A stretch of 64,000 nt of DNA from Candidatus Marinacidobacterales bacterium (GTDB lineage: Bacteria; Acidobacteriota; Vicinamibacteria; Marinacidobacterales; SMYC01), in NCBI GenBank assembly GCA_965237955.1, contig OZ250169.1, positions 5,408,001-5,472,000 of the forward strand, in the 5' to 3' direction. Of the stretch, positions 20,565-32,099 are shown in pieces. Made by a program: the position numbers and the translations under genes. How positions within the stretch are numbered: the stretch's first letter is position 1; each line of letters opens with the position of its first letter. A model generated the notes under the pieces. The model searched no databases and was not told the origin of the DNA. It was given only the letters and a program-made list of their open reading frames with translations.

Positions 20565-23532
20565 TGTCAACGCCGGCCGAAAACTGCGCATTCATGGCGG
20601 ATGAAAATTGCACACCCGAGCCATGGGTGGCGAACCCTATGACGCCGTCGCCTCCGTGTATTTCCTATGAGATTTAGCCGGCGGGTGAGGTTCGTCCGAA
20701 CCCGCCGGATGGAGCGCTCGCCACAGTTCGGAGTGCTCTCTCATGCGGTAACTGTTTCCTCGGATGTTGACGAGGTGGCAGTGGTGCAGAATGCGGTCGA
20801 TGAGAGCGGCGGCCATGACTTCGTCGCCAAGGATCTCGCCCCATTCCTCGAAACTTTTGTTAGAGGTGAGCACGGTCGAAGCGCGCTCGTATCGCCTACT
20901 TATGAGCTGGAAAAAAAGCACCGCGCCGGTCTGGGTGACGGGTAGGTATCCGATTTCATCGACAACAAGCAGTGACGGATAACTGAGAACCGCGAGTCGA
21001 CGAGTGAGGCGGCCCGCGTCACGAGCCTCTTCGAGGGAGGTGATGAGCTCAGCCAGGGTGCCGTAATAGACGCGCCGTCCATTCTGGGCAGCGGCGATGG
21101 CAAGATGAGTTTTGCCCACACCAGTAGGTCCCAATAAGACGACGTTCTCCTTACGTTCAACGAACCCGAGCTCGTGAAGGTTCTCAATCTGCTCGCGTTT
21201 GATCGATGGCTGGAACGAAAAATCGAACTCATCGATTGTTTTGACCGCGGGGAGTCGTGAGGAGCGCATCGCCGCTTGGAGACGACGGTTGTTTCTCAAC
21301 GTGATCTGCGCTCCAAGAAGGTTCTCGATGGCCTCCGCCGTTGTGACCGCACCGCCATCGGCATCAGATAGTACGCGGTCGACAGCTTTGAGCGCGCCAG
21401 GCATCTTTAGGTCGGCCAGCATCGTACGGATCTGCTCACGTCGCGATATTGTGCTCGCCTTCATTGTCCACCTCCAACGAGCCGCGTGTAGACTTCGAGG
21501 GGACGATGCTCGACATCCATCGAAGGCAGTGTGGTTAAGCAGGCTTTTGGAGTTCTTCTCGCGGGTTGGTTTGGCAGTACAAGAGAGCGATATGGCCGCT
21601 CAACGGGATGTGTCCCGAGGTCCGTGGAAAAAGAACGGCGCCCTCCACTCCGTCATCAGAGTATCATATCAGGCGGCAACCTCCGTGTGTTCGAGAACCT
21701 CGCTCAGACGTTGGTAGCCGTCGATGCGTCGTAGTTGAATCTGGCCAGAGGCGATAAGCCCAAACAGCAAAGCGACCGCGGACTCCTCGCTGGAGAACGA
21801 CGCTTGGGTTTTCGTCCGGCGTCGAAACTCGCGGTTGAGATTCTCCAGAGCATTGGTCGTTCGAATCGATTTCCACATGGCACGAGGGAATTCGTAGAAG
21901 GTCAGCAGCTGATTACCGGCCTCCTCTAGGCTTCGGACGACGGCTGGTGCGAGAGGCGTCCACTTGGCGACGAGCTCGTCATAGGCTTTGCGAGCATCGA
22001 TCCCGTTCTTGGCGTAGACGATCCGGTTGTAGTCACGCCGGAGCTCACGGCGTGCGTGCGCCGGGCAATGTTCGAGCAAGTTGGCGCGCTTGTGCTCGGT
22101 ACATCGCTGCAACCGGCACCCCGGCCACTTCTCCAGCGCTTTCGTCAGCCCCTTGTGGCCGTCGCTGATCACTAGCTTGGGAGCCCGGAGTCCTCGAGCC
22201 TGGAGTCCCTCCAGCACGGAGCCCCAATGCGTCGAGGCTTCGCTCACCGCCAGACGCAATGACAACAGACGTTTCTGCCCGTCTGGCGCGACCCCGAGCG
22301 CGACCAGTACGGGTACGCTGATCACACGTTTCGCCATCCGCACTTTCAGGTGGAAGCCGTCCAGGTAAACGATCGCGTAGACCTCCTCGCTGAGAGCACG
22401 GTTCTGCCATTCCTCGAAGCGCTCCTTCAGCCGGCTAACCACGCGAGACACCGCGCTCTTCGATAGGTGCTCCTCACCGAGCAGTGGTTTCAGCGCTTTG
22501 CGGATCCGGCGGCTATTCGCGCCCGACAAGTACGTCCCCAAGATCGCCTCGTCGACCTCACGAGTCCGGCGCGCGTACCGGGGCAACAGCTCGCTCCTGA
22601 ACTCTGTCGTCTCTCCCGTTTCCTCGTCTCGCACGCGGGCTCGTGGCACCCGGAGCTCGCGAGTTCCCACCGACGTCGTCACGCGACGGGTTTCGGCTCC
22701 GTTGCGATATCCACGGCGGTCTTCCGCACGCTCGTAGCTACCACACCCCAGCGCTTGGTTGACTTCTTCCTCGAGCACGACCTCGATTGCCTCCAGTACC
22801 CGCTTACGCAGCCGAAGTTGGACGAACTCCCGGTACTCGCTTACAGACTCCTTCGATATGGTGGTAGGCTTCTTCATGGCGTAATCCTCCTCCTCGCCTT
22901 TCCAGGCGCGGTTTCGTTTTGTTTAACCGGAGGTTACGCCATTCTTATTTCCACGGGAAGCGGGACGGATCCGCTCAACGAGCGGTCTCAGAGTGGCCCT
23001 TTCATCGCGCGCGAATCGTTCTATCGGTCGTTCCTTGGTTGTGCGATGGAGTCGGACGTTGGCGACGTCACTCAGCCAACGCTCGAGCTGAGCATCGAGG
23101 TCGTCATCGTTGATAAAGTGGCGACCGTAGAAGAAGCTTCCTCTCACATAGCGGATTGGCCTTTCCACTTTGCCCTTGGTCTTCGCCCGATACGGGCGAC
23201 ACGCTCTTGTTCGAAACTCCCAGTGGTGGGCGAAGCGGACGAACTCTGGGTTCTCAACGAGAGGGCCACCTTCCCGGCGGTGATCCTCGACGATGACCGA
23301 ACACATCTGGTCAAAAAGGAGCTCTTTGGGAACTCCTCCCAAAAATGCTTCTTGATTCCCTGCTCCAAATACTCTCGTAGTAACACTCGTTTCTCCCTTC
23401 CGTACATCGGCGCCTCCACTCCGGAAACGCCATTCTGATTGAAGGCGCGCCGTCATGTCTGGCACTCCAGACACACGACAACGGCCTCCTTTTACGGATG
23501 GCCGAGTGTGCAATTTACGCCCGCCGCTAACA
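20565..23532 (-). mobile_element. IS21-family element A (istA broken, istB 20637..21464), with nested IS256
   Basis: Ends TGTCAACGCCGGCCG and rc TGTTAGCGGCGGGCG; 6-bp TSD CGATCG at 20559-20564 and 23533-23538; istB GPTGVGKT, VDEIGY; istA KTKGKVERPIRY. Confidence 0.9.
21606..22972 (-). mobile_element. IS256-family type A, copy 1 (1367 bp; transposase 21669..22877) inserted in istA
   Basis: Ends GGATCCGTCCCG / rc GGATGTGTCCCG; TSD GCTCAACG at 21598-21605 and 22973-22980; YLDG, SDGHKGL, QRCTEH, TTNALE. Confidence 0.95.
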
Positions 23533-23624
23533 CGATCGTGAGGCAGTTCGAATATCGCGGAGTGGAGTGGTTTACAAGCTTGTTCCTACGGCTATAGAGC
23601 TATAGTAGTCGGAGGAGGTGTGCA

Positions 23625-24686
23625 ATGAGAGTGAAATATAAGATTGGCAGAATCCTGTCCGCTCTGACATTGCTATGGGGCACGCTTCTAGCGGCGGCCT
23701 GCTCTAACGGCCTTGCTCCCCCTGATGCCACCATCAGATGGAGGGCGCAGTCTGGATTACCCGCCGGCAGTTGGAACTATCAAGACCAGTTCGTGAAGTT
23801 CGCCGAGTTGGTGAATGAGCGGAGCAATGGGCGCCTTGAAATCGAGATTTTCCCCCCCGGTACCATCGTTGATGCCTACGAGCAGTTCAATGCGGTACAA
23901 AAGAAAGCAATCGAAATGGGAATGGGCGTGGGGGGGTATAACGTCAAGCAGGTTCCGGAAGCTTACATCGAACAGGGACTCTTTGGTGTTTTCTCGACGC
24001 TTGAGGACTTTGTGGACTTCTATATCTACTACAAGGACGGGGCTGCCTACGAGCTTATCGACGCCGCTTACAGAGAAAGGGGCTGCCATCTCCTGAAGTC
24101 GCTGGGACCCTCCCCTCTCGTTGTCATTTCCAGAGAACCTCTGAAGACGGTACAGGAATTGAAGGGACTGAAGATCAGGGGCAGCGCGACGGCCCCTGAT
24201 TTGATCACCAACCTGGGTGCTGTTCCGGTGACTTTGGCACCGGCGGAATTGTACATGGCACTGCAAACGGGAACCGTCGATGCAGTGATCATGCCCAATT
24301 ATTCGATCGGCACCTATAATTTTTGGGACGTTGCCAAAGGCCTTATGGGTCCTCCTATTGGTCAGGCAGCCGGAGATATGTACGTCAATCTGGAGGTCTA
24401 TAACAGCCTTCCGGATGACTTGAAAGGGATCTTAGAAGAGGCGGCAGAGGAAGCCATGTTCTATTATGTAGAGACCATTTCCGCAAAGATGGACGAAATA
24501 CTGGAAATCGCGGAAAGGGAGCACGGCGTCACCATCGTCACTTTACCGGATGAAGAGTATGCGAAGATCCTCGAAGCGGCAGCTCCTATTTTGGACCAGA
24601 CAGCTGCCCGAAGCCCAAGATCTGAAAAAATTATCCAGCTGATGAAAGAGTATCTGGCAGAGAAGGGAACAAGAGGGACGGACTAA
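23625..24686 (+). CDS. dctP: TRAP transporter substrate-binding lipoprotein DctP
   Basis: Lipobox AAAC, SNGRLEIEIFP, LKGLKIRG, ELYMALQTGTVDA. Confidence 0.92.
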   Translation: MRVKYKIGRILSALTLLWGTLLAAACSNGLAPPDATIRWRAQSGLPAGSWNYQDQFVKFAELVNERSNGRLEIEIFPPGTIVDAYEQFNAVQKKAIEMGMGVGGYNVKQVPEAYIEQGLFGVFSTLEDFVDFYIYYKDGAAYELIDAAYRERGCHLLKSLGPSPLVVISREPLKTVQELKGLKIRGSATAPDLITNLGAVPVTLAPAELYMALQTGTVDAVIMPNYSIGTYNFWDVAKGLMGPPIGQAAGDMYVNLEVYNSLPDDLKGILEEAAEEAMFYYVETISAKMDEILEIAEREHGVTIVTLPDEEYAKILEAAAPILDQTAARSPRSEKIIQLMKEYLAEKGTRGTD

Positions 24687-24830
24687 GGGACTTTCCCCCT
24701 TTGTTCGATTTGGAGATCGGCAATCAATAACTCTTCTCCTCTTTTCCCCACCTACCTGAGGCGTGTCCTTCAAGCGATAGACGCCGCCAGTGAATGGACC
24801 GGTAAGATCAGCGCCTTCCTGATTCCAGGC

Positions 24831-25298
24831 ATGATGTTCATCATGACCTACGAGGTGGTGGCCCGGTATATCCTGAAAAGCCCTACCATTTGGGCGATGG
24901 AGAGCACCCAATACCTTTTTTTGGCCACCACGGCTCTGGGAGGTGCCTATGTCTTGCGCCATGGTGGACATGTCAACGTACCTATCTTGTATGACCGTTT
25001 GAGCACTCGAACCCAAGCGATCGTCGATGTGGTGACCTCACTCTTCTTTTTCTTTTTCATTGTCGCTTTGTTTCGAGCCTCCTGGCTGACCACGGTGGAG
25101 GCGGTGGTCTATCGGGAACATTCACCCACCTACTGGGAGCCCCCCATTTATCCGGTCTATATCGTCATGACCGCCGGTATTTTACTCATCATTCTTCAGG
25201 GTGTAGCCAAATTTGTCCGGAACCTCGCCACAGCGATCACGGGGAAAGTGGAAACTCCAAGCGGGATTGCGAGCGCTCGACAGGATGAGCCGCAATGA
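24831..25298 (+). CDS. dctQ: TRAP small permease DctQ (frame extends upstream without a canonical start)
   Basis: YEVVARY, PTIWAME, GGAYVLRHGGHVNV. Confidence 0.88.
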   Translation: MMFIMTYEVVARYILKSPTIWAMESTQYLFLATTALGGAYVLRHGGHVNVPILYDRLSTRTQAIVDVVTSLFFFFFIVALFRASWLTTVEAVVYREHSPTYWEPPIYPVYIVMTAGILLIILQGVAKFVRNLATAITGKVETPSGIASARQDEPQ

Positions 25299-26608
25299 GT
25301 ATTGGACTGGTCACCGCGATTCTTTTCATTCTTCTGGCCTTACTGCTCCTGTCGGGTCTGCCTCTTGCCTTTGGGTTGGGTGCCACCGCGGTGATACTGG
25401 CTTTATGGAGGATGGGTCCTGAAGCTCTCTTTCTTCTGACCACCACGGCCTTTTCCTCCTGGACCCTTTATATCCTGGTGGCCCTGCCCCTTTTTGTTTT
25501 GATGGCCAACTTTCTTTCACGCTCAGGGATCGCCGATGACCTGTATGAAATGATGTACCACTGGATGGGATCATTGAGGGGAGGATTGGCGATGGGTACG
25601 GTGATTATCTGTGCGCTTTTCGCGGCCATGTCAGGGGTGAGTGCCGCCGGAACGGTCACCATGGGCCTGGTCGCCCTGCCCTCCATGCTGAGGAAAAACT
25701 ATCACAAGGACATCGCCGTGGGCGCAATCTCTGCCGGAGGTTCCTTGGGAATCCTGATCCCTCCCAGCATCATCATGATCGTGTTTGCCAGCCTCACAGG
25801 TGCCTCGGTAGGGAAATTGTTCATAGGAGGGGTCATTCCGGGTCTCGTCATCGCTGCTCTTTTTGTCACCTACATTGGAATCAGGACTCTGATCCAACCT
25901 CATCTCGGCCCCTCGATTCCAGAAGAGGAGAAGATCTCCTGGGGCCGGAAGTTCAGGCTCATCCGGGCGGTGATTCTCCCGGTAGCTCTCGTCTTGCTGG
26001 TGCTGGGATCCATCTACACGGGAATCACCACCCCCACGGAAGCCTCGGCAATCGGAGCCTTCGGAGCTCTGATCTGCACCATCGTCAAGAGGCGCTTTTC
26101 CTGGGCGCTGTTTCAGGAAGCAACACTGGAGGCATTCAAACTCTCCGTCATGGTGGGTTGGATCGTGTTAGGCGCAAAAGCCTTCTCCCATATTTATGCG
26201 GCAACGGGAGCCGGCAAGTTCATTCTTGGCATGATCTCAGGACATGAACTGAGACCATGGCTGATTCTTCTAGCCATGCAGCTGATTCTCTTTATCCTGG
26301 GAATGTTTATCGACCCCATTGGGATCATGATGATCACTCTCCCGGTATTTCTGCCACTGAGTGAAGAATTAGGATTCGATCTCATTTGGTTCGGTGTCCT
26401 CTTTACCATCAATATGGAACTGGCCTATATCTCCCCTCCTTTTGGATTGAACCTCTTCTACATGAAGGGTGTGGTTCCCAACAGTATCGGCATGGGAGAC
26501 ATCTATAGATCCGTCCTGCCTTTTATTGCCCTGGAGGTCCTGGGCCTGGTCCTGGTCATCCTGTTTCCCCAGCTGGTGCTCTGGTTACCGAATGCTATGA
26601 TGAGGTAG
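25295..26608 (+). CDS. dctM: TRAP large permease DctM
   Basis: ALPLFVLM, GSLGILIPPS, TPTEAS, ISPPFGLNLF. Confidence 0.95.
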   Translation: MSIGLVTAILFILLALLLLSGLPLAFGLGATAVILALWRMGPEALFLLTTTAFSSWTLYILVALPLFVLMANFLSRSGIADDLYEMMYHWMGSLRGGLAMGTVIICALFAAMSGVSAAGTVTMGLVALPSMLRKNYHKDIAVGAISAGGSLGILIPPSIIMIVFASLTGASVGKLFIGGVIPGLVIAALFVTYIGIRTLIQPHLGPSIPEEEKISWGRKFRLIRAVILPVALVLLVLGSIYTGITTPTEASAIGAFGALICTIVKRRFSWALFQEATLEAFKLSVMVGWIVLGAKAFSHIYAATGAGKFILGMISGHELRPWLILLAMQLILFILGMFIDPIGIMMITLPVFLPLSEELGFDLIWFGVLFTINMELAYISPPFGLNLFYMKGVVPNSIGMGDIYRSVLPFIALEVLGLVLVILFPQLVLWLPNAMMR

Positions 26609-26610
26609 AA

Positions 26611-26676
26611 GAAATCCAAAATTCAAAACTCAAAATCCGAAACAAGTTCAAAATCCAAAAACTCAAAATTCGAAAC
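26611..26676 (+). repeat. A-rich heptamer repeat tract ((A/G)AAATYC/AAAACTC)
   Basis: gaaatcc aaaattc aaaactc aaaatcc gaaac aagttc aaaatcc aaaaactc aaaattc gaaac. Confidence 0.7.
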
Positions 26677-26702
26677 CTGGAACCCCACTCGCTAAGCCCG
26701 CC

Positions 26703-27205
26703 CTAGTGGTCGCTGGATGCAGCTGTTTCTTTCCCGCCGCGAGCTGCCGAGCGCACATCGCTCTCGATCAATTCCCAGATCTGATCGATATAGTTCAGGA
26801 ACTCTGGGGTGCGTTTGACGGAAAGTTGGCGGGGTCGCTCGAAGGGGATGGAGATACTGGCTTTTACGCGGCCGGGGCGAGAACCAAAGACGATGACCTG
26901 ATCGGAGAGAAAAACGGATTCATCAATCTGGTGAGTAATGAAAAGCACCGTTTTACTCGTCCTTTGCCAGATGCTCAACAGTTCGCTTTGCATGATCTCC
27001 CGGGTCTGTGCAACCAGAGAGGCAAAGGGCTCGTCCATGAGCAACAGATCAGGATCAATCAAGAGAGCCCGGGCCAGGTTCACCCGCTGCTGCATGCCGC
27101 CGGATAGTTCATTCGGATAATGATCCTCAAACCCACTCAGGCCCACAATCTCAAGAACCTCATTGGCTTGTGCCAGGGCTGTGTTCGCTAGTCTGAATTG
27201 GCCCA
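26703..27205 (-). pseudogene. NitT/TauT-type ABC ATPase, C-terminal half only
   Basis: YPNELSGGMQQR, LLMDEPF, FITHQIDE; Walker A lost at the IS256 junction. Confidence 0.85.
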
Positions 27206-29938
27206 GGCACTTGTCAATAATGTTGTGTCCGCGGGCATCATTCTGCCTCGAATCGGGTCTCGAACATGGCGTTGAATTGGTCGAGCGCGCCCTTGACGGT
27301 TGCGGTGACTCGGTGCCATTTGCCGGATTCGAGGGAGGTGACGACAATGCCGAGTTTAAGTTTCGCGGTCTCCTCGGAATGGAAGTATCCACCGCTGTTA
27401 CGACGCAGAATCTCGAGTTGTTTGTTGATGGCTTCGACGGCGTTGGTCGTTGACAGAGAACGTCGTACGCCGTCGGGGTATTTGAGAAAGGCGATGTAGT
27501 GCGGTTGTTTCTTTCGTAGCTCCTTGACGAAGGAGGGGGAGGATTTTTCGAAGCGGTCACAAAGCTCTTCGAATTGAGAAGCGGCGACTTCGGCGCTCCA
27601 AGCGGTTTTGATGGAGCGGAACCTCTTGGTGAACTCAGAGGCGTCCTGCTTGCTGAGATGAGTTTTGGCGTTCCGGAGCATGTGAACGGTACACAGCTGG
27701 ATATCGGAGTTGGGAAACATTCCCTTGGTGACGCCGAGCAAACCCGAGAAGTCGTCGTGGATGACGATCATGACGCGTCTGAGGCCCCGTTCAACGAGAG
27801 AGCGAAGGACAGTTTTCCAACCCTCGAGGTTTTCTGGATCCGTCCCGCTTCCCGTGGAAATAAGAATGGCGTAACCTCCGGTTAAACAAAACGAAACCGC
27901 GCCTGGAAAGGCGAGGAGGAGGATTACGCCATGAAGAAGCCTACCACCATATCGAAGGAGTCTGTAAGCGAGTACCGGGAGTTCGTCCAACTTCGGCTGC
28001 GTAAGCGGGTACTGGAGGCAATCGAGGTCGTGCTCGAGGAAGAAGTCAACCAAGCGCTGGGGTGTGGTAGCTACGAGCGTGCGGAAGACCGCCGTGGATA
28101 TCGCAACGGAGCCGAAACCCGTCGCGTGACGACGTCGGTGGGAACTCGCGAGCTCCGGGTGCCACGAGCCCGCGTGCGAGACGAGGAAACGGGAGAAACG
28201 ACAGAGTTCAGGAGCGAGCTGTTGCCCCGGTACGCGCGCCGGACTCGTGAGGTCGACGAGGCGATCTTGGGGACGTACTTGTCGGGCGCGAATAGCCGCC
28301 GGATCCGCAAAGCGCTGAAACCACTGCTCGGTGAGGAGCACCTATCGAAGAGCGCGGTGTCTCGCGTGGTTAGCCGGCTGAAGGAGCGCTTCGAGGAATG
28401 GCAGAACCGTGCTCTCAGCGAGGAGGTCTACGCGATCGTTTACCTGGACGGCTTCCACCTGAAAGTGCGGATGGCGAAACGTGTGATCAGCGTACCCGTA
28501 CTGGTCGCGCTCGGGGTCGCGCCAGACGGGCAGAAACGTCTGTTGTCATTGCGTCTGGCGGTGAGCGAAGCCTCGACGCATTGGGGCTCCGTGCTGGAGG
28601 GACTCCAGGCTCGAGGACTCCGGGCTCCCAAGCTAGTGATCAGCGACGGCCACAAGGGGCTGACGAAGGCGCTCGAGAAGTGGCCGGGGTGCCGGTTGCA
28701 GCGATGTACCGAGCACAAGCGCGCCAACTTGCTCGAACATTGCCCGGCGCACGCACGCCGTGAGCTCCGGCGTGACTACAACCGGATCGTCTACGCCAAG
28801 AACGGGATCGATGCTCGCAAAGCCTATGACGAGCTCGTCGCCAAGTGGACGCCTCTCGCACCAGCCGTCGTCCGAAGCCTAGAGGAGGCCGGTAATCAGC
28901 TGCTGACCTTCTACGAATTCCCTCGTGCCATGTGGAAATCGATTCGAACGACCAATGCTCTGGAGAATCTCAACCGCGAGTTTCGACGCCGGACGAAAAC
29001 CCAAGCGTCGTTCTCCAGCGAGGAGTCCGCGGTCGCTTTGCTGTTTGGGCTTATCGCCTCTGGCCAGATTCAACTACGACGCATCGACGGCTACCAACGT
29101 CTGAGCGAGGTTCTCGAACACACGGAGGTTGCCGCCTGATATGATACTCTGATGACGGAGTGGAGGGCGCCGTTCTTTTTCCACGGACCTCGGGACACAT
29201 CCTGTTTTCTCGTTGGTGTTTTATGAAACAGCCCAGGACTTTCTTTCTGCCGTCGCGGTGCAGGCCGGTAACGAGGTAGATACAAGCAGGCCGAAGACGC
29301 TCGTCTTCTTTGATTTCGACATACTTACCATCGAAGAAGATGGCGAGCATGTCGGGGTCGATGGGTCGTGAGTTGACGAGCTCGAGCTCCTCGATGAAGC
29401 CCGAGGCGACGGTGTCAAGCTCATCGGGGGAGGCGTTGACGCCCATCTTTCTGAGCGCTGTTTTCGCGGCGTTTACAGAGCGAGAGGAGCAAAGCACTCC
29501 GAAGAGAAGGGACTGGACCTCGTCGGAGTATCCGCGCTCGTAGGCCGGAGGGAGTGAGTTCGGTCGAAACTGACCACTGCGCGTTCTGGGCACGCGGGTG
29601 TCGACGGGGATGGAGCCGACATTCAACGAGCGGTCATAGCCTCCGTTACCTTTGTCGCCGGTGGCCTCGGCAAGGTAAGCGTGGCGCTCGGCTTGCCCCG
29701 CGGCGGAGAGCATCATTCCCAAGAGCTCTCGAACGCTGAAGTTCTCGAGGCCGGCGCTGAGTAGGCGGTCGATTTCGTTGTCGAGAGACTCGGAGAGCGA
29801 ATTTTGTGATACGTTGGTTTTGGGATCTGAAGGCATTGCTTGTTCCTTTCAAGTAAACGGGTCCTTGCCCCAGGGCGGCTACCCTGGGGCTTTTCATTTT
29901 CCTCGCGCTCGCGAGGCGCTTCACGCAGTGTATCTCCG
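27206..29938 (-). mobile_element. IS256-family type C (transposase 29836 to 27238), split by type A copy 2
   Basis: End GGCACTTGTCAATAA at 27206; halves join as ...KHQREN/LEGWKTVL..., HDDFSG, QLCTVH, TTNAVE. Confidence 0.85.
27836..29202 (+). mobile_element. IS256-family type A, copy 2 (transposase 27931..29139)
   Basis: Same ends as copy 1; TSD GGTTTTCT / TGTTTTCT (7 of 8 match). Confidence 0.95.
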
Positions 29939-30249
29939 TCGTCGTCACACACCGACGCATCGGAAACTTCCAATTCGCTAACGGGCAGGTTACGAGAGGC
30001 TCCCCGTAAGTTAACCAAAAAGGGGGGTGCTGAGGGTTGGGTCGCTTCGAGAAAACGCCTCCTGGGGCAAATGAGAGCGTCGGTTTCGAGCCCCGTCGCC
30101 AATTCCGAGATATCCAACGAAATCGGGCTCGCGTACCAATCCTCCTGAGCCGACGCCGTCCACCGTCGCCGAACGCACTTCGCGGCGCGCTCCGCTCTCG
30201 CTCCGGGTTGACTTTGGGCGGGACCGCTTCGCGGCCCCGCTCTTGCTAG

Positions 30250-31715
30250 GCGAGATCGTGGTCCCTTCGTGGTCGTCGCTCTCGCTGAAACGTCGTTCTC
30301 ATTATCAGAGCCGGACACAACATTCAGGTTACTCCCGTGGCGGGCGCCACGAGCGCTGTTATGGCCGCAGCCAGTCGATTTATGAACTCGAGCACTACTT
30401 GGATGTTCTGGTAAGGAAGCCTGGAGCGTTGGCGGGTTCCACGCCGCTCGCGCAATGGCGCGAGAAAGGTCGGTGGCCTGCGAGCTACGACGAGTTGTGG
30501 TCAAAGCTGAACCATCGTCACGGCAAGTTCGAAGGAACCCGCCAGATGGTGGAGCTCGTGCAGCTCGGCCGCGAGCATGGCTACGACAAGCTGCGTGAGG
30601 CGGTAATCCAAGCGCTCGAGCTTGGCTGTACGGATGCGCAAGCGATCCGTCACCTCGTCGAGTCATCGGGTCTTCGACGCGAGCAGGCGCAGACTCTTGG
30701 CGATGTGGAACTCGGAGAGCTCACGAAGTATGAATGTTCCTTGCCGGGTGTCAGCCACTACAACGCGCTGATCGCTGAGGTGAGCTCGTGAACGCGAAGA
30801 GCATCGAACTCCAGAGTATCCGTCAACATTGCAAGACGCTTCGCATGCCGAGCGTGTCAACTCAGTTCCAGAAGATTGCCGAACAAGCGCAGCGCGACAA
30901 GCACAGCTATGTACGCTACCTCGACGTGCTACTCAGTGCCGAGGTCGAGGAACGCGAACACCGCGCGGTTCAAAGACGACTGAAGGAAGCGCAACTGCCG
31001 AGAGCGAAGACGCTCGAGGAGTTCGACTTCTCGCAATCGCCGAAGGTTTCCGCCCGTCGGATACGAGAGCTGGCCGAAGGCGACTACATAGACCAGGCAC
31101 GGCCGGTTCTGTTTCTCGGCGATGCCGGCACCGGCAAGACTCATCTGGCCACGGCATTGTGTGTAGCGGCGTGCCAGCAACGTCGCCGCGTTCGCTTCAC
31201 GACAGCCTCGAGACTCGTCAACGAACTTGTCGAAGCTAGGGAGGAGCACGAACTCTCGCGCGTGATCCGTCGCTACGCCCGCTACGAGCTGTTGTGTATC
31301 GACGAGCTCGGCTACGTCCCGCTTGCCGACGTCGGCGCCGAGCTTCTGTTCCAGGTGGTCTCGGAGCGATGTGAACGGGCGGCGATCGTGATCACGACAA
31401 ACCTGCCGTTCTCGGAGTGGACCCAGGTGTTCACGAATGTCCGCCTGTGCAAGGCACTGCTCGACCGAGTCACGAACCAGGCGCACATACTCGAAACCGG
31501 TACCGGTACCGAGTCCTATCGGTTCCGGCGCACCGTGAAGAGCGAGAAAAAGACCATAAAGGCATGAGTTCGTTGGGTTTCACTCGCCGCGGCCTTCACT
31601 TCGTTACGGCCGCGGAATAAGGAAAGGGGCTTTCTTACGGTTCGTCTTTATTAATCAACAACTTAGGGTGGGCCAAATTAGATGAGCAAAGTGGGCCAGA
31701 CCGGGTGGACAAACA
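30250..31715 (+). mobile_element. 5'-truncated IS21-family element B (istA tail to 30791; istB 30788..31567)
   Basis: [18 protein letters not shown]; [20 protein letters not shown]; terminal repeats GTGGGCCA ending GACAAACA. Confidence 0.88.
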
Positions 31716-32099
31716 CACAGGGCCTCCGTGACGTCCCCGCCCTGACACTCCAGGCCGTACAGAACATTGTTTAACACTGTTCGCCAGGGAAGAAGTGACG
31801 CCTGCTGAAAGACAACCGCCCGGTCCGTGCCAGGTCCTTCGACTGGAGGTCGACTCTACCTTCAGATGGTGGAAGAAGCCATGAAAGAAGGCAATTTTTC
31901 GGTCGAGTACATCCTAAATCTCAGAATGACCCTGGAACACAACCCCTTGCTGGGCAATGTTCCCGATGTCATGGAGGGGATCAAGAAGTACGGGATTATC
32001 CTCAATGTAAAACCGGACCACATGGGGAACGCGCGGGAAAACATCAAGGACTATGGCCATCTTCCATACCTCTAGTCTGCTTTTTTTCAACGATCGGGC

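Noticed and set aside
21606-29202. IS256 composite transposon carrying the TRAP genes
   Set aside because: Each copy has its own TSD and sits inside a different host element.
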